This document shows positions 56,564 to 64,000 of a stretch of 64,000 nucleotides of DNA, one piece after another. The translations under genes and the position numbers were made by a program. The first letter of the stretch is position 1. Every line of letters starts with the position of its first letter. This DNA comes from an uncultured Eubacterium sp. GTDB taxonomy: Bacteria; Bacillota; Clostridia; Lachnospirales; CAG-274. The stretch covers positions 5,618 to 69,617 of the forward strand of contig UQYD01000005.1 of the NCBI GenBank assembly GCA_900545305.1, written 5' to 3'. Under the pieces are notes generated by a model. That model saw only the letters and a list, made by a program, of their open reading frames with translations. It was not told the DNA's origin and did not search any database.

Positions 56564-58075
56564 ATGAATCCGGCGATTTTTATTGGAACGTGGTGGTCCT
56601 TAGTTCCACCGTTGTTGGCAATATGTTTAGCACTTATAACCAAAGAGGTTTACAGTTCACTTATACTGGGAATTGTAGCCGGTGTGTTAATGTATACAGG
56701 GTTTAACCCTTGGCAGGCTTTCTTAGCTTTTTACGATATTATGAAAAACAGTATGAATTTAAATATTTTGATATTTGATATTATGCTAGGGGTCGTAATT
56801 GTGCTTATGGTAGAGTCCGGTGGCTCAAGAGCCTATGGAGAGTGGGCTGCTAAAAAAGTGAAAACTAAGAAAAAAGCACTTTTGGCTACAATGGGTTTAG
56901 GTATACTTATTTTCGTAGACGACTACTTTAATTGCTTGACTGTAGGCTCTGTAATGCGACCTGTAACAAGCAGATATAAGGTGTCTAAGACTAAACTTGC
57001 CTACATTATTGATGCTACGGCAGCACCAATTTGTATTATTGCTCCTATGTCTAGTTGGGCAGCAGCTGTTAATTCATATGTTCCGGAAGATGTGAATATT
57101 ACAGGCTTTCAGTTGTTTTTAAGAACTATACCTTACAATCTATATGCCTTACTTACTTTGGTTATGGTTTTATACATTATTTTGACAGGCTTTGATTTTG
57201 GTAAAATGAAGAAGTTTGAGGATAGGACACAGCAGGCAGATCGTGAAATTGATGAAATAGACAAGATTGAGCAGGAAGAAGGAAGTAATTCAAAGGGCAA
57301 AATAATGGACTTAATTCTTCCTGTAGTTGTTTTGATTGCTTTAACCGTTGGAACAATGATTTATACTGGATTTTTAGGTGGAGCTAAAAATGTAATTTCA
57401 GCTTTTGCCAATTGCGATGCAGAAGTTAGTTTAGTTTTTGCCAGTACAGTTACTTTAATATTTATGTTAATTTTATATATTCCTCGCAGAATTATGACTT
57501 TCCAAAAATTTATGGAAAGTTTGGCTGAGGGCTTTAAGTTAATGATTCCGTCTATATTGATTTTGGTATTTGCTTGGTCATTAAAGGGCGTAGGCGATGC
57601 CTTACAAATATCAGCTTTTGTTGAAAATACTTTAGGTGGCAGTGTAACAAACGGCGTAATTATTCCAATGGTTATGTTTATGATTGCTATATTCTTGGCT
57701 TTTTCAACAGGTTCAAGCTGGGGTACATTTGCTATTTTAATACCTATTGTAACTGCTATATTCTCAGGTGGTGGCAATATGGAAATGATGGTTATTTCTA
57801 TATCAGCTGTATTGGCCGGAGCAGTGTGTGGTGACCACGTTTCTCCTATTTCAGATACGACTATTATGTCATCTGCCGGTGCACAATGTCACCATATTGA
57901 CCACGTTTCTACACAGATGCAATATGCTATTGTGGTTGCTGTGGTTTGTGTGTTTGGATATTTAATTGCCGGTTTCGTACAGGTATGGTGGATAGTGTTG
58001 TTGATAAGTGTTGCAGTATTGTTGACAACTCTCACTATTATGAGAAAATATGTTAATAAAAAATATTCTAAATAG
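56564..58075 (+). CDS. nhaC: Na+/H+ antiporter, NhaC family.
   Basis: 503 aa and polytopic, with the NhaC-family N-terminus 'IFIGTWWSLVPPLLAICLALITKEVYSSLILGI'. An extended -10 element TGATATAAT lies at 56492-56500 upstream. Confidence 0.75.
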   Translation: MNPAIFIGTWWSLVPPLLAICLALITKEVYSSLILGIVAGVLMYTGFNPWQAFLAFYDIMKNSMNLNILIFDIMLGVVIVLMVESGGSRAYGEWAAKKVKTKKKALLATMGLGILIFVDDYFNCLTVGSVMRPVTSRYKVSKTKLAYIIDATAAPICIIAPMSSWAAAVNSYVPEDVNITGFQLFLRTIPYNLYALLTLVMVLYIILTGFDFGKMKKFEDRTQQADREIDEIDKIEQEEGSNSKGKIMDLILPVVVLIALTVGTMIYTGFLGGAKNVISAFANCDAEVSLVFASTVTLIFMLILYIPRRIMTFQKFMESLAEGFKLMIPSILILVFAWSLKGVGDALQISAFVENTLGGSVTNGVIIPMVMFMIAIFLAFSTGSSWGTFAILIPIVTAIFSGGGNMEMMVISISAVLAGAVCGDHVSPISDTTIMSSAGAQCHHIDHVSTQMQYAIVVAVVCVFGYLIAGFVQVWWIVLLISVAVLLTTLTIMRKYVNKKYSK

Positions 58076-58076
58076 A

Positions 58077-58112
58077 ACAAGGCTTTGCGATGCAAAGCCT
58101 TGTTTGTTTACT
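58077..58112. terminator. Bidirectional rho-independent terminator.
   Basis: A 13-bp stem AACAAGGCTTTGC / GCAAAGCCTTGTT with T-rich flanks on both strands. Confidence 0.75.
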
Positions 58113-58116
58113 TTTG

Positions 58117-58692
58117 CTATTTTTCAGGAGCATCAGGAATGCTAGGAGCAATAGGAGCAGTAGTGGTAGGAACGGTAGAAACAACAGTAGTAGTAGAAAC
58201 TGTAGGTTCTTCAATGGTAGCACTTGTTGATTCTGTAGTTGTTTCAAGACCAGTTAAAGTTATATACACAGTTTTATTTTTTTCTCCCCAAGAAACATTG
58301 GCATCTATTGCTTCTGCCAACATTCTGATAGGAACAAGTGTAGTACCATTTGCATTTATAGAACTGGTGTCAAACTTTTTCATCTCTCCGTTTACGTAAA
58401 CAGTATTAGACGGTACTTGATGCTCAATTACTGTATAACCACGTTTGAAAGTAAGCCACTTTGTAGTAGGACTCCATTCCATAGAAATACCCATAGATTC
58501 GCATATTTTTCTAAGTGGGACGTAGGTTCTGCCCATAAAAAGCTGAGGTTTAACGGATTCGCTTGAAAAATCAATGGCTTTTCCGTTTAAATAGACAGGG
58601 ATTGTCCTTGTACTAGCTGAATATACAAAGGGACTAGAAATGCACATTGCACAAGCAAGAAAAATACCTAAAACCTTTTTCATATTAAACAC
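58117..58692 (-). CDS. Secreted protein with copper amine oxidase N-terminal-like (stalk) domains.
   Basis: Signal peptide present. Two Cu_amine_oxidN1-like repeats occur ('IPVYLNGKAIDF...GRTYVPLRKICESMG', 'YVNGEMKKFD...TTLVPIRMLAEAIDANVSW'). Confidence 0.55.
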   Translation of the reverse strand: MFNMKKVLGIFLACAMCISSPFVYSASTRTIPVYLNGKAIDFSSESVKPQLFMGRTYVPLRKICESMGISMEWSPTTKWLTFKRGYTVIEHQVPSNTVYVNGEMKKFDTSSINANGTTLVPIRMLAEAIDANVSWGEKNKTVYITLTGLETTTESTSATIEEPTVSTTTVVSTVPTTTAPIAPSIPDAPEK

Positions 58693-58908
58693 CCCCTAAA
58701 AATATTTCCGATTAATTATGATATTATTATAGCATATACAAAAAGTATTTACAATGTAAATAGAATACAAATAAAAGGACGAAAATTTAGGTAATATTAC
58801 TTTATAGGAAGATAATTAAATTAAAATCATTATTATTTTGTATCTAAATATTTACAATTATGTGAATATATTGTAAAATTAAAGGAGTTTAAAAAAAGGA
58901 GGAGAACT

Positions 58909-61575
58909 ATGAAAAGACTCAAAAAAAGCGTTGCTACTGTTTTAGCTTTCGTTATGGTTTGGTCATTAATGAGTTTACAGAGTTTTGGTGCTACAATTAC
59001 AAAAAGCACAACTTGGGATTTTACAAAGTGGACAGCTCAAACTCTTACAAGTGACTATTCATACGACAATTTAACAGTTACAGCAACAAGTACAAAAAAA
59101 GTTAGTATTAATAGTGGCATTAACCTTGGTGGTGGTGGTGCAGTGGACTACAGAAGTATTGTATTTACTGCTACAGGTCCTTGTACAATAAGCGTAAATG
59201 CCAAAGGTGGCAGTACAACTAGATACCTTGTATTGGCTAATAGCAACGGTGCTGAATATGGCAGAATTGCTACAGGTTCAAGCTATGGAACTGGTACTTT
59301 CAACTACACAGGTGCAGGTGAAAATCTTTACATTTATTCTGCCGGTAGTGGTATCACTCTTTCATCTATGTCATTGACTTACAGCACAACTGCTCACATA
59401 AAGGGCGATGTAAACAATGACGGAAAAGTTGATAAGGCAGATGCTGCTATTGTTTTAAAGCATATTAGTGGGGTAAGCACAATTACTGATGCTGACCAGC
59501 TTGCAGCAGCTAACTATAACAATGACGGTGTTGTAAATGCCTTAGATGCAGTTGCAATACTTAACAACCAGTATGTGCCAGAAGAAACAACTGAAACAAC
59601 AACTGAGGGTGTTGCTCTTGACACAGTTGCAGGTTATGAACCTAGTGGCATTACTCCAGACGGTGTGGCAGAGGTTGTATATCAGTCTGACACAGACGAT
59701 TATTTATTAAAGGATACATCAACAAATTGTTCAGCTACATGGAAGAACAGTTTTGAAACTATTTCTTCAGGCAAGGTTACAATTGCCGGATATGCAACAC
59801 CTTCTAAGGCGTCAAGTAAGTGGGCATTTACAAGAATTTTAGGTACTGATTCAGAAGGAAACAGTGTTTATTTTGCTCTTGGTACAGATGCTGACAAGAA
59901 CATTTCTCTTTGCTTAAGTGACGGTACATATGTTTCAACTGATTTAGCTATTACAGCAAATCAGAAATACACTTATGAATTTGTAGTTGACTTAGATATG
60001 GGAGCAGTACAGCTTACTGTAAACGGTAAGACAGTTACAAGCCCAATTACAGCAAAGTCTATTAATGCTATTTACAATGTAACTGCTGTAAGTGATAATG
60101 CTAGAAACCTTACAGTTTCTAAGCCTGTTGTTAAGTTAGGTAGTGATGTAGTAATAACAACTACAACTGAAACTACTACAGAAACAACAACTACTACAAC
60201 AACTGAAACTACTACTGTAAACACAGCTGACGGTGTAGAAGTTAAGGACTACAGCAGTCTTGCAACAGCTCTTAATACTGCCAATGCTAAAATTTATGTT
60301 ATGAATGACATTGATTGTGGTGACCAGATTAAGTTATCAAAGGGTGAACAGTCTATTATAGGTGTTCCTGATGAAAATGGTGTTTTACCAGTACTTAATT
60401 TTGAAAATATGGTAGGTAAGGGTACTGACATCATAAATGCTTCTTCATCTGACGGTGATGTAGGTTTGAGAATTACAAGTAAGAATAATGTTGTCAGAAA
60501 TCTTGTAATTGAATATGCCCATGACAATGGTATTCAGATAAAGGGTTCAGAAGTAACAGGAAATGAAGTTAAAAACTGTATTTTAAGATACAACAACGAT
60601 AGTGGTATGCAGATTACAGGTGGTGCATACAACAATGCTGTTGAAAATATTTACAGCTACAGAAACTGTGATGTATACACTTTAGGTAGTAATGCTGACG
60701 GTTTTGCCGTTAAGTTAAGTGCTGGTCCAGAGGAAGTTACATCAGCTTCTGAATTCCAGAATTCAAAGAATACTTTTGTAAACTGCTATTCTTGGGAAAA
60801 TAGTGATGACGGTTGGGACAGTTTTGACTATCCATCAAGCAAACAGAACTTTAATCCTAACAGATGGACATACAAAAATGTGTATGAAAATTGTATTTGC
60901 TGGGGTAATGGTTCAGCACCTTTACAATTAGGTTATACAGACTATGTAAATGGCAAAACTCTTGATGAAAACCTTCCGGTAATAAGAAGAATTAAGGCTC
61001 TTGTGTCTTCTGATGTTTATGATAGTTTCGTAAGTGACTATAACAATGGTAATTTAGGTTCAAGAACAATGAGTTCAAGCACTTATTTATCTACTTTAGA
61101 CAGCAAGTTAAGTGTTTCTATTCCTAGTTCAAAGGGTACTTTAAGCATTACAGGTTATTGCAGTAGCTCAAACTGGGGTGGAAATCCTAATGGCTTTAAG
61201 TTGGGTAGTGCCTATACTCAGTCAATTTCTGAAAGAACTTTAGTAAATTGTATTTCTTTTGACCACGCATCTGCAGGTTTCGACAAGAACAATGCAAAGT
61301 GTAATGTAGAACTTAAGAACTGCTTGTCTTTTGACAATGGTTACAACTATCATTTAAGTGGTACAACAGCTAAAGCTTTCAGTAATGTACTTGGTTGGAA
61401 TTATAGTAAGTCAGATGATTTACCAACTGCCGGAAGTGGTGTGACTGTAAAGGTTTCAAAGCCTTCTAATTACAGTACTATTGAAACAAATGTAAGAAAT
61501 GCTGCTGATGAGCTTGTAAGCTGGGCAAAGAATAACACAGTTAATCCATCAGGAATTTTTAGTCAGATATTTTAA
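58909..61575 (+). CDS. Cellulosomal protein with a signal peptide, an N-terminal module shared with the CE8 enzyme, an internal type-I dockerin, a LamG/concanavalin-like region, and a C-terminal right-handed parallel beta-helix that suggests a polysaccharide (pectate) lyase-like enzyme.
   Basis: The dockerin is 'GDVNNDGKVDKADAAIVLKHISG...NYNNDGVVNALDAVAILN'. A beta-helix repeat pattern occurs in 'NGIQIKGSEVTGNEVKNCILRYNNDSGMQITGGAYNNAVENIYSYRNCD'. A Thr/Glu linker 'TTTETTTETTTTTTTE' is present. Confidence 0.6.
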   Translation: MKRLKKSVATVLAFVMVWSLMSLQSFGATITKSTTWDFTKWTAQTLTSDYSYDNLTVTATSTKKVSINSGINLGGGGAVDYRSIVFTATGPCTISVNAKGGSTTRYLVLANSNGAEYGRIATGSSYGTGTFNYTGAGENLYIYSAGSGITLSSMSLTYSTTAHIKGDVNNDGKVDKADAAIVLKHISGVSTITDADQLAAANYNNDGVVNALDAVAILNNQYVPEETTETTTEGVALDTVAGYEPSGITPDGVAEVVYQSDTDDYLLKDTSTNCSATWKNSFETISSGKVTIAGYATPSKASSKWAFTRILGTDSEGNSVYFALGTDADKNISLCLSDGTYVSTDLAITANQKYTYEFVVDLDMGAVQLTVNGKTVTSPITAKSINAIYNVTAVSDNARNLTVSKPVVKLGSDVVITTTTETTTETTTTTTTETTTVNTADGVEVKDYSSLATALNTANAKIYVMNDIDCGDQIKLSKGEQSIIGVPDENGVLPVLNFENMVGKGTDIINASSSDGDVGLRITSKNNVVRNLVIEYAHDNGIQIKGSEVTGNEVKNCILRYNNDSGMQITGGAYNNAVENIYSYRNCDVYTLGSNADGFAVKLSAGPEEVTSASEFQNSKNTFVNCYSWENSDDGWDSFDYPSSKQNFNPNRWTYKNVYENCICWGNGSAPLQLGYTDYVNGKTLDENLPVIRRIKALVSSDVYDSFVSDYNNGNLGSRTMSSSTYLSTLDSKLSVSIPSSKGTLSITGYCSSSNWGGNPNGFKLGSAYTQSISERTLVNCISFDHASAGFDKNNAKCNVELKNCLSFDNGYNYHLSGTTAKAFSNVLGWNYSKSDDLPTAGSGVTVKVSKPSNYSTIETNVRNAADELVSWAKNNTVNPSGIFSQIF

Positions 61576-61590
61576 TAGATGATTATGTAG

Positions 61591-61616
61591 GGAACGCTTT
61601 CGGGCGTTCCTTTTTT
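61591..61616 (+). terminator. Rho-independent terminator.
   Basis: GGAACGC-TTTCGG-GCGTTCC, followed by TTTTTT. Confidence 0.75.
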
Positions 61617-62292
61617 ACTCAAAAATATCATTCATAGCCTTGCGAAGTTTTGACAATGCTTTTTTCTCTATTCGAGATACATAACTTCGGCTAATGCCAA
61701 TAGATGAGGCTATTTCCCTTTGAGTTTTTTCTTGCTTGTTGTTAAGACCGTATCTTAGATTTATTATAAATTTTTCACGTTTTGTAAGAACTTTATCTAT
61801 AAGAGATTGAAGAACTTTTTGCTCGGCGTTACTGGAAAGGGTTTCTTCAACAGAGGGTGTTGGGTCAGCAAGTTTTTCTTCAAGGGTTACTTCGTTTCCC
61901 TCTTTGTCTATGCCTACGGCACTTTGCAAGCTAATATTGTTTTGGAGCTTTTTTGCTGAACGCAAATACATTAAAATTTCATTGTCTATACATCGGGCTG
62001 TATAGGTGGCAAGGCGACTGCCTTTAGTATTTTTATATGTTGAAATACCTTTTATAAGTCCTACAGTACCTATGGAAATAAGTTCGTCACTATCTTTTTG
62101 ATAATTAGTGTATTTTTTTGCAACGTGGGCAACTAGCCTTAAGTTATGCTCAATAAGAATATTTCTTGCATTTGTATCTCCTTCTAGCATAAGGTTGATG
62201 TATTTTTCTTCTTCCTCTGGGGAAAGTGGTTCCGGAAAGGCTGTTGAGGTATAATATACCTTATGATTAAATTGCAAAAAACTCAGGAGCAT
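61615..62292 (-). CDS. sigK: Sporulation sigma factor SigK (pro-sigma-K), uninterrupted.
   Basis: The protein is near-collinear with B. subtilis SigK. Matching blocks are 'FPEPLSPEEEEKY', 'LIEHNLRLVAHVAKKY', 'LISIGTVGLIKGI', 'LATYTARCIDNEILMYLR', 'GIDKEGNEVTLEEKL' and 'EKTQREIASSIGISRSYVSRIEKKAL'. A ~20-aa pro-sequence is present. Confidence 0.9.
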   Translation of the reverse strand: MLLSFLQFNHKVYYTSTAFPEPLSPEEEEKYINLMLEGDTNARNILIEHNLRLVAHVAKKYTNYQKDSDELISIGTVGLIKGISTYKNTKGSRLATYTARCIDNEILMYLRSAKKLQNNISLQSAVGIDKEGNEVTLEEKLADPTPSVEETLSSNAEQKVLQSLIDKVLTKREKFIINLRYGLNNKQEKTQREIASSIGISRSYVSRIEKKALSKLRKAMNDIFE

Positions 62293-62355
62293 AAAGCACC
62301 TCCTGTACTTACAATTAATTATATGCTTAAGAAGCGTAAATTTTGTTATTAAAAT

Positions 62356-62396
62356 AAAAAAATTCCCTCTTTACGGATTTTACAATAAAGAGGGAA
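62356..62396 (-). terminator. Rho-independent terminator of the PrsA-like gene.
   Basis: TTCCCTCTTTA...AAAGAGGGAA with an A-run on the plus strand, which is a T-run on the minus strand. Confidence 0.7.
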
Positions 62397-62400
62397 TATA

Positions 62401-63366
62401 TTAAAACGATGTTATTGAATTCCAAACATCTTCATTTTTCTTAACAGAAGTGTTACCGGACCATTGTTTTATCTGTGCCTGATATATCTGCTGTTTTTTG
62501 CTTTCTGTATACTGATTTTCCAGTTCCTTTATTTTATCAGCATTATCTGTTGGGGCAATATCATTTACTTTAAAAATATAGTAGCCGTCAGTAGCAGAAA
62601 TAAATGTTACATTGCCTTTAGTTGTCTTATAAATAGCTTGAAGAACATCTTCGCCGTAAAGGTTTATATCTAATGTTTTAGAGCTTGGGGCTAAGTCAGG
62701 AGAAACTTCCTTAGCTACAGTTGAAAAATCAGCACCGTTTTTAATTTTGTTATATGCTTCTTGAGCTTTAGTGTAGTTTTGTGTACTGCCTTCAGCATCT
62801 CCCTGTACAAAAAGCTCCTGTACAGTGTAGGTATTAAATTCACCGGCATTTTTTTTCTTGTATTCTTCAATGTATTTACTCATTTCGTCTGAATTTACAA
62901 CGTAATTGGAAGTAACATAATTATAAACTTTGCCCTGTAAAGCACTTTCTTCTAATATAGAGTGAATTTTATCATAGTCTAAAGACAACTCATTTAATTC
63001 TTCTGATGAAAACTCGCTCATAAGACTTTTAGTTTGATTGTCTACATCAGATATATCTTTTTCATCAAGTTTAATGCCTAGAGAGTCAGTTTGCTTTACG
63101 GCACTTTTTACCATAGTAATGGAATCAAGGGCGTTTTGCTTTGCCACTTCTATAGCACTTACTCCGTCAAAATCAGCTCCCCATATATCTGAACCACCTT
63201 GTTCTTCAAAGTTTTTCTTCTGCTCGATTAGGTAAACCATAAATTCTCCACGACTTATTTTAGTGCCGCCAATTTCAGCAACATAGTCGCCACCGTTACC
63301 TAAACAACCAGATAGAGAAATTAAAGCAATAATTGATACAAGTATTGCAGAAATAAATCTTTTCAT
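62401..63366 (-). CDS. Lipoprotein with a SurA N-terminal-like chaperone domain (PrsA-like foldase).
   Basis: The lipobox 'LSGC' follows a signal peptide. The architecture resembles PrsA/SurA_N. I cannot confirm the PPIase signature by eye. Confidence 0.5.
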   Translation of the reverse strand: MKRFISAILVSIIALISLSGCLGNGGDYVAEIGGTKISRGEFMVYLIEQKKNFEEQGGSDIWGADFDGVSAIEVAKQNALDSITMVKSAVKQTDSLGIKLDEKDISDVDNQTKSLMSEFSSEELNELSLDYDKIHSILEESALQGKVYNYVTSNYVVNSDEMSKYIEEYKKKNAGEFNTYTVQELFVQGDAEGSTQNYTKAQEAYNKIKNGADFSTVAKEVSPDLAPSSKTLDINLYGEDVLQAIYKTTKGNVTFISATDGYYIFKVNDIAPTDNADKIKELENQYTESKKQQIYQAQIKQWSGNTSVKKNEDVWNSITSF

Positions 63367-63563
63367 AATCTATCACCTTGAAATAGTTTTGTACTGTTGT
63401 TAAATTTCAATATGAGATTATTATACAAAAAATAAGGCAGGTTATCAATAAAGTTGAGGGGATGTAATGAAAGTGTAACATTAGAAAGTGGGCAAAAATA
63501 AATAAAATATATTAAACCTTTATATTTAATAAGTAAAAATAAAGCAAATTTTATATTAATAAA

Positions 63564-63591
63564 TTGACAATGTAAAAAAATATTGTATAAT
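63564..63591 (+). promoter_or_regulatory. Sigma-A-type promoter (TTGACA-N16-TGTATAAT).
   Basis: TTGACA at 63564-63569 and TATAAT at 63586-63591, with TG immediately upstream. The promoter lies ~360 nt upstream of the next ORF. Confidence 0.5.
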
Positions 63592-63952
63592 ATATAGTAC
63601 AGGTTTATATTTTATGATATAATGTTTGAATAAATTGTATAGAGTGTAAGGTGTTTTTACATAGAAATATATAGTGATTTTCTACATATCAGTAGTAAAG
63701 TATTAATATATATATTTCTTACCTAAGTATATAGATTACAATAATGTATTGAGAGAGTACATTGTTAAAATATGTGAGGAAGGGGAAGATTATAGAATTG
63801 GGTTTAGTCTGTTTTTGAATAATATTAGCTGTTAAGTGGTTATGATTTAATTTGATACAGATTATTCTTACAATTAAATAATTAAAATATATCAACATGG
63901 TTTTAAGGTAAGGGATAGGAAACATGTAGATGAGACAAATAGGAGGGGTTTT

Positions 63953-64000
63953 ATGAAGTTAAAAAGAATATTATCAGGTACGTTGGCTTTTATATTAGGA
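63953..64000 (+). CDS. 5' end of a secreted or membrane protein; 3' end lies outside the window.
   Basis: The RBS AGGAGGGG is followed by ATG and then MKLKRILSGTLAFILG, a signal-peptide-like start. Confidence 0.4.
   Translation, partial: MKLKRILSGTLAFILG

Noticed and set aside
58747-58761. Palindrome ATTTACAATGTAAAT as a catabolite-responsive element (cre) for CcpA.
   Set aside because: The cre consensus is TGWAANCGNTNWCA with a central CG. Here the half-sites are in the opposite arrangement (TTTACA...TGTAAA) and lack the central CG.
61591-61616. Hairpin GGAACGC/GCGTTCC as a bidirectional terminator also serving sigK.
   Set aside because: A T-run is present only on the plus-strand side, and the sigK stop overlaps that T-run. 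I assign it to the plus-strand lyase-like gene only.
63719-63925. 68-aa ORF on the minus strand within the long AT-rich leader.
   Set aside because: No RBS and an Ile/Asn/Tyr-rich composition typical of random AT-rich ORFs. It overlaps a plus-strand promoter and leader.
1-64000. CRISPR arrays, tRNA/rRNA genes, transposases, integrases or prophage blocks.
   Set aside because: I found no regularly spaced direct repeats, no GC-rich ~75-nt cloverleaf-like segments in intergenic regions, and no ORFs with transposase, integrase or phage hallmark motifs.

Overview
This is a low-GC Firmicutes (Clostridia) chromosomal segment, most consistent with a Ruminococcus-like cellulosome-bearing spore-former. 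The evidence is two proteins carrying Ruminococcus-type dockerin repeats and intact sporulation sigma factors sigG and sigK. I found no rRNA or tRNA genes, CRISPR arrays, transposases or integrases.

Gene content by position:
- 1-12.6 kb: a cell-wall glycopolymer biosynthesis locus with a secondary-cell-wall-polymer-like, pyruvylated ManNAc-type signature. It encodes a 5'-truncated NAGPA-like phosphodiester glycosidase, a Wzx-like flippase, WecC, two GT4 glycosyltransferases, a DUF4330 protein, a Wzy/ligase-like protein, the pyruvyltransferase CsaB and a TagA-like GT26, plus several hypothetical membrane or secreted proteins.
- 12.6-20 kb: hypothetical secreted proteins, then the conserved metG-tatD-yabE block and a Cof-type HAD hydrolase.
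- 20.2-24.7 kb: a 1500-aa dockerin protein with discoidin (F5/8 type C) domains.
- 24.8-31.5 kb: a marR, cytidylate-kinase-like, MATE operon; sigG; a translationally coupled M16 peptidase pair; lgt.
- 31.7-41.5 kb: a hexuronate module (TRAP dctPQM, uxuA, uxuB-like, gntR) followed by a CE8 pectin methylesterase.
- 42-49.3 kb: an NMO/FabK-like oxidoreductase, an SseB-like protein, a SAM methyltransferase and a 1444-aa fusion protein. The fusion protein combines a kinase-like domain, a coiled coil, an RgpF-like domain and a HAD domain. I consider it the best candidate in the window for an undescribed glycan-modification system.
- 49.4-51.6 kb: thrC and nrdR.
- 51.7-56.4 kb: a four-gene H2-sensing [FeFe]-hydrogenase regulatory cluster. 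It encodes a thioredoxin-like [2Fe-2S] ferredoxin, a PAS-containing HydS, a PP2C phosphatase and a HydA-like hydrogenase. Its gene content and order match the gene order I recall for the hfsABCD operon of Thermoanaerobacterium.
- 56.5-64 kb: NhaC, a copper-amine-oxidase-N-domain protein, a dockerin-bearing parallel beta-helix (polysaccharide lyase-like) protein, sigK, and a PrsA/SurA-like lipoprotein.

Other structure visible in the sequence:
- A triplicated 11-mer operator-like motif upstream of the NMO/FabK-like gene.
- A perfect 15-bp palindrome in a divergent promoter region.
- A shared uncharacterised N-terminal module in the two pectin-active enzymes.
- A local codon and GC mosaic at the 5' end of one GT4 gene.
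- A 49-codon ORF with a strong ribosome-binding site and a terminator.
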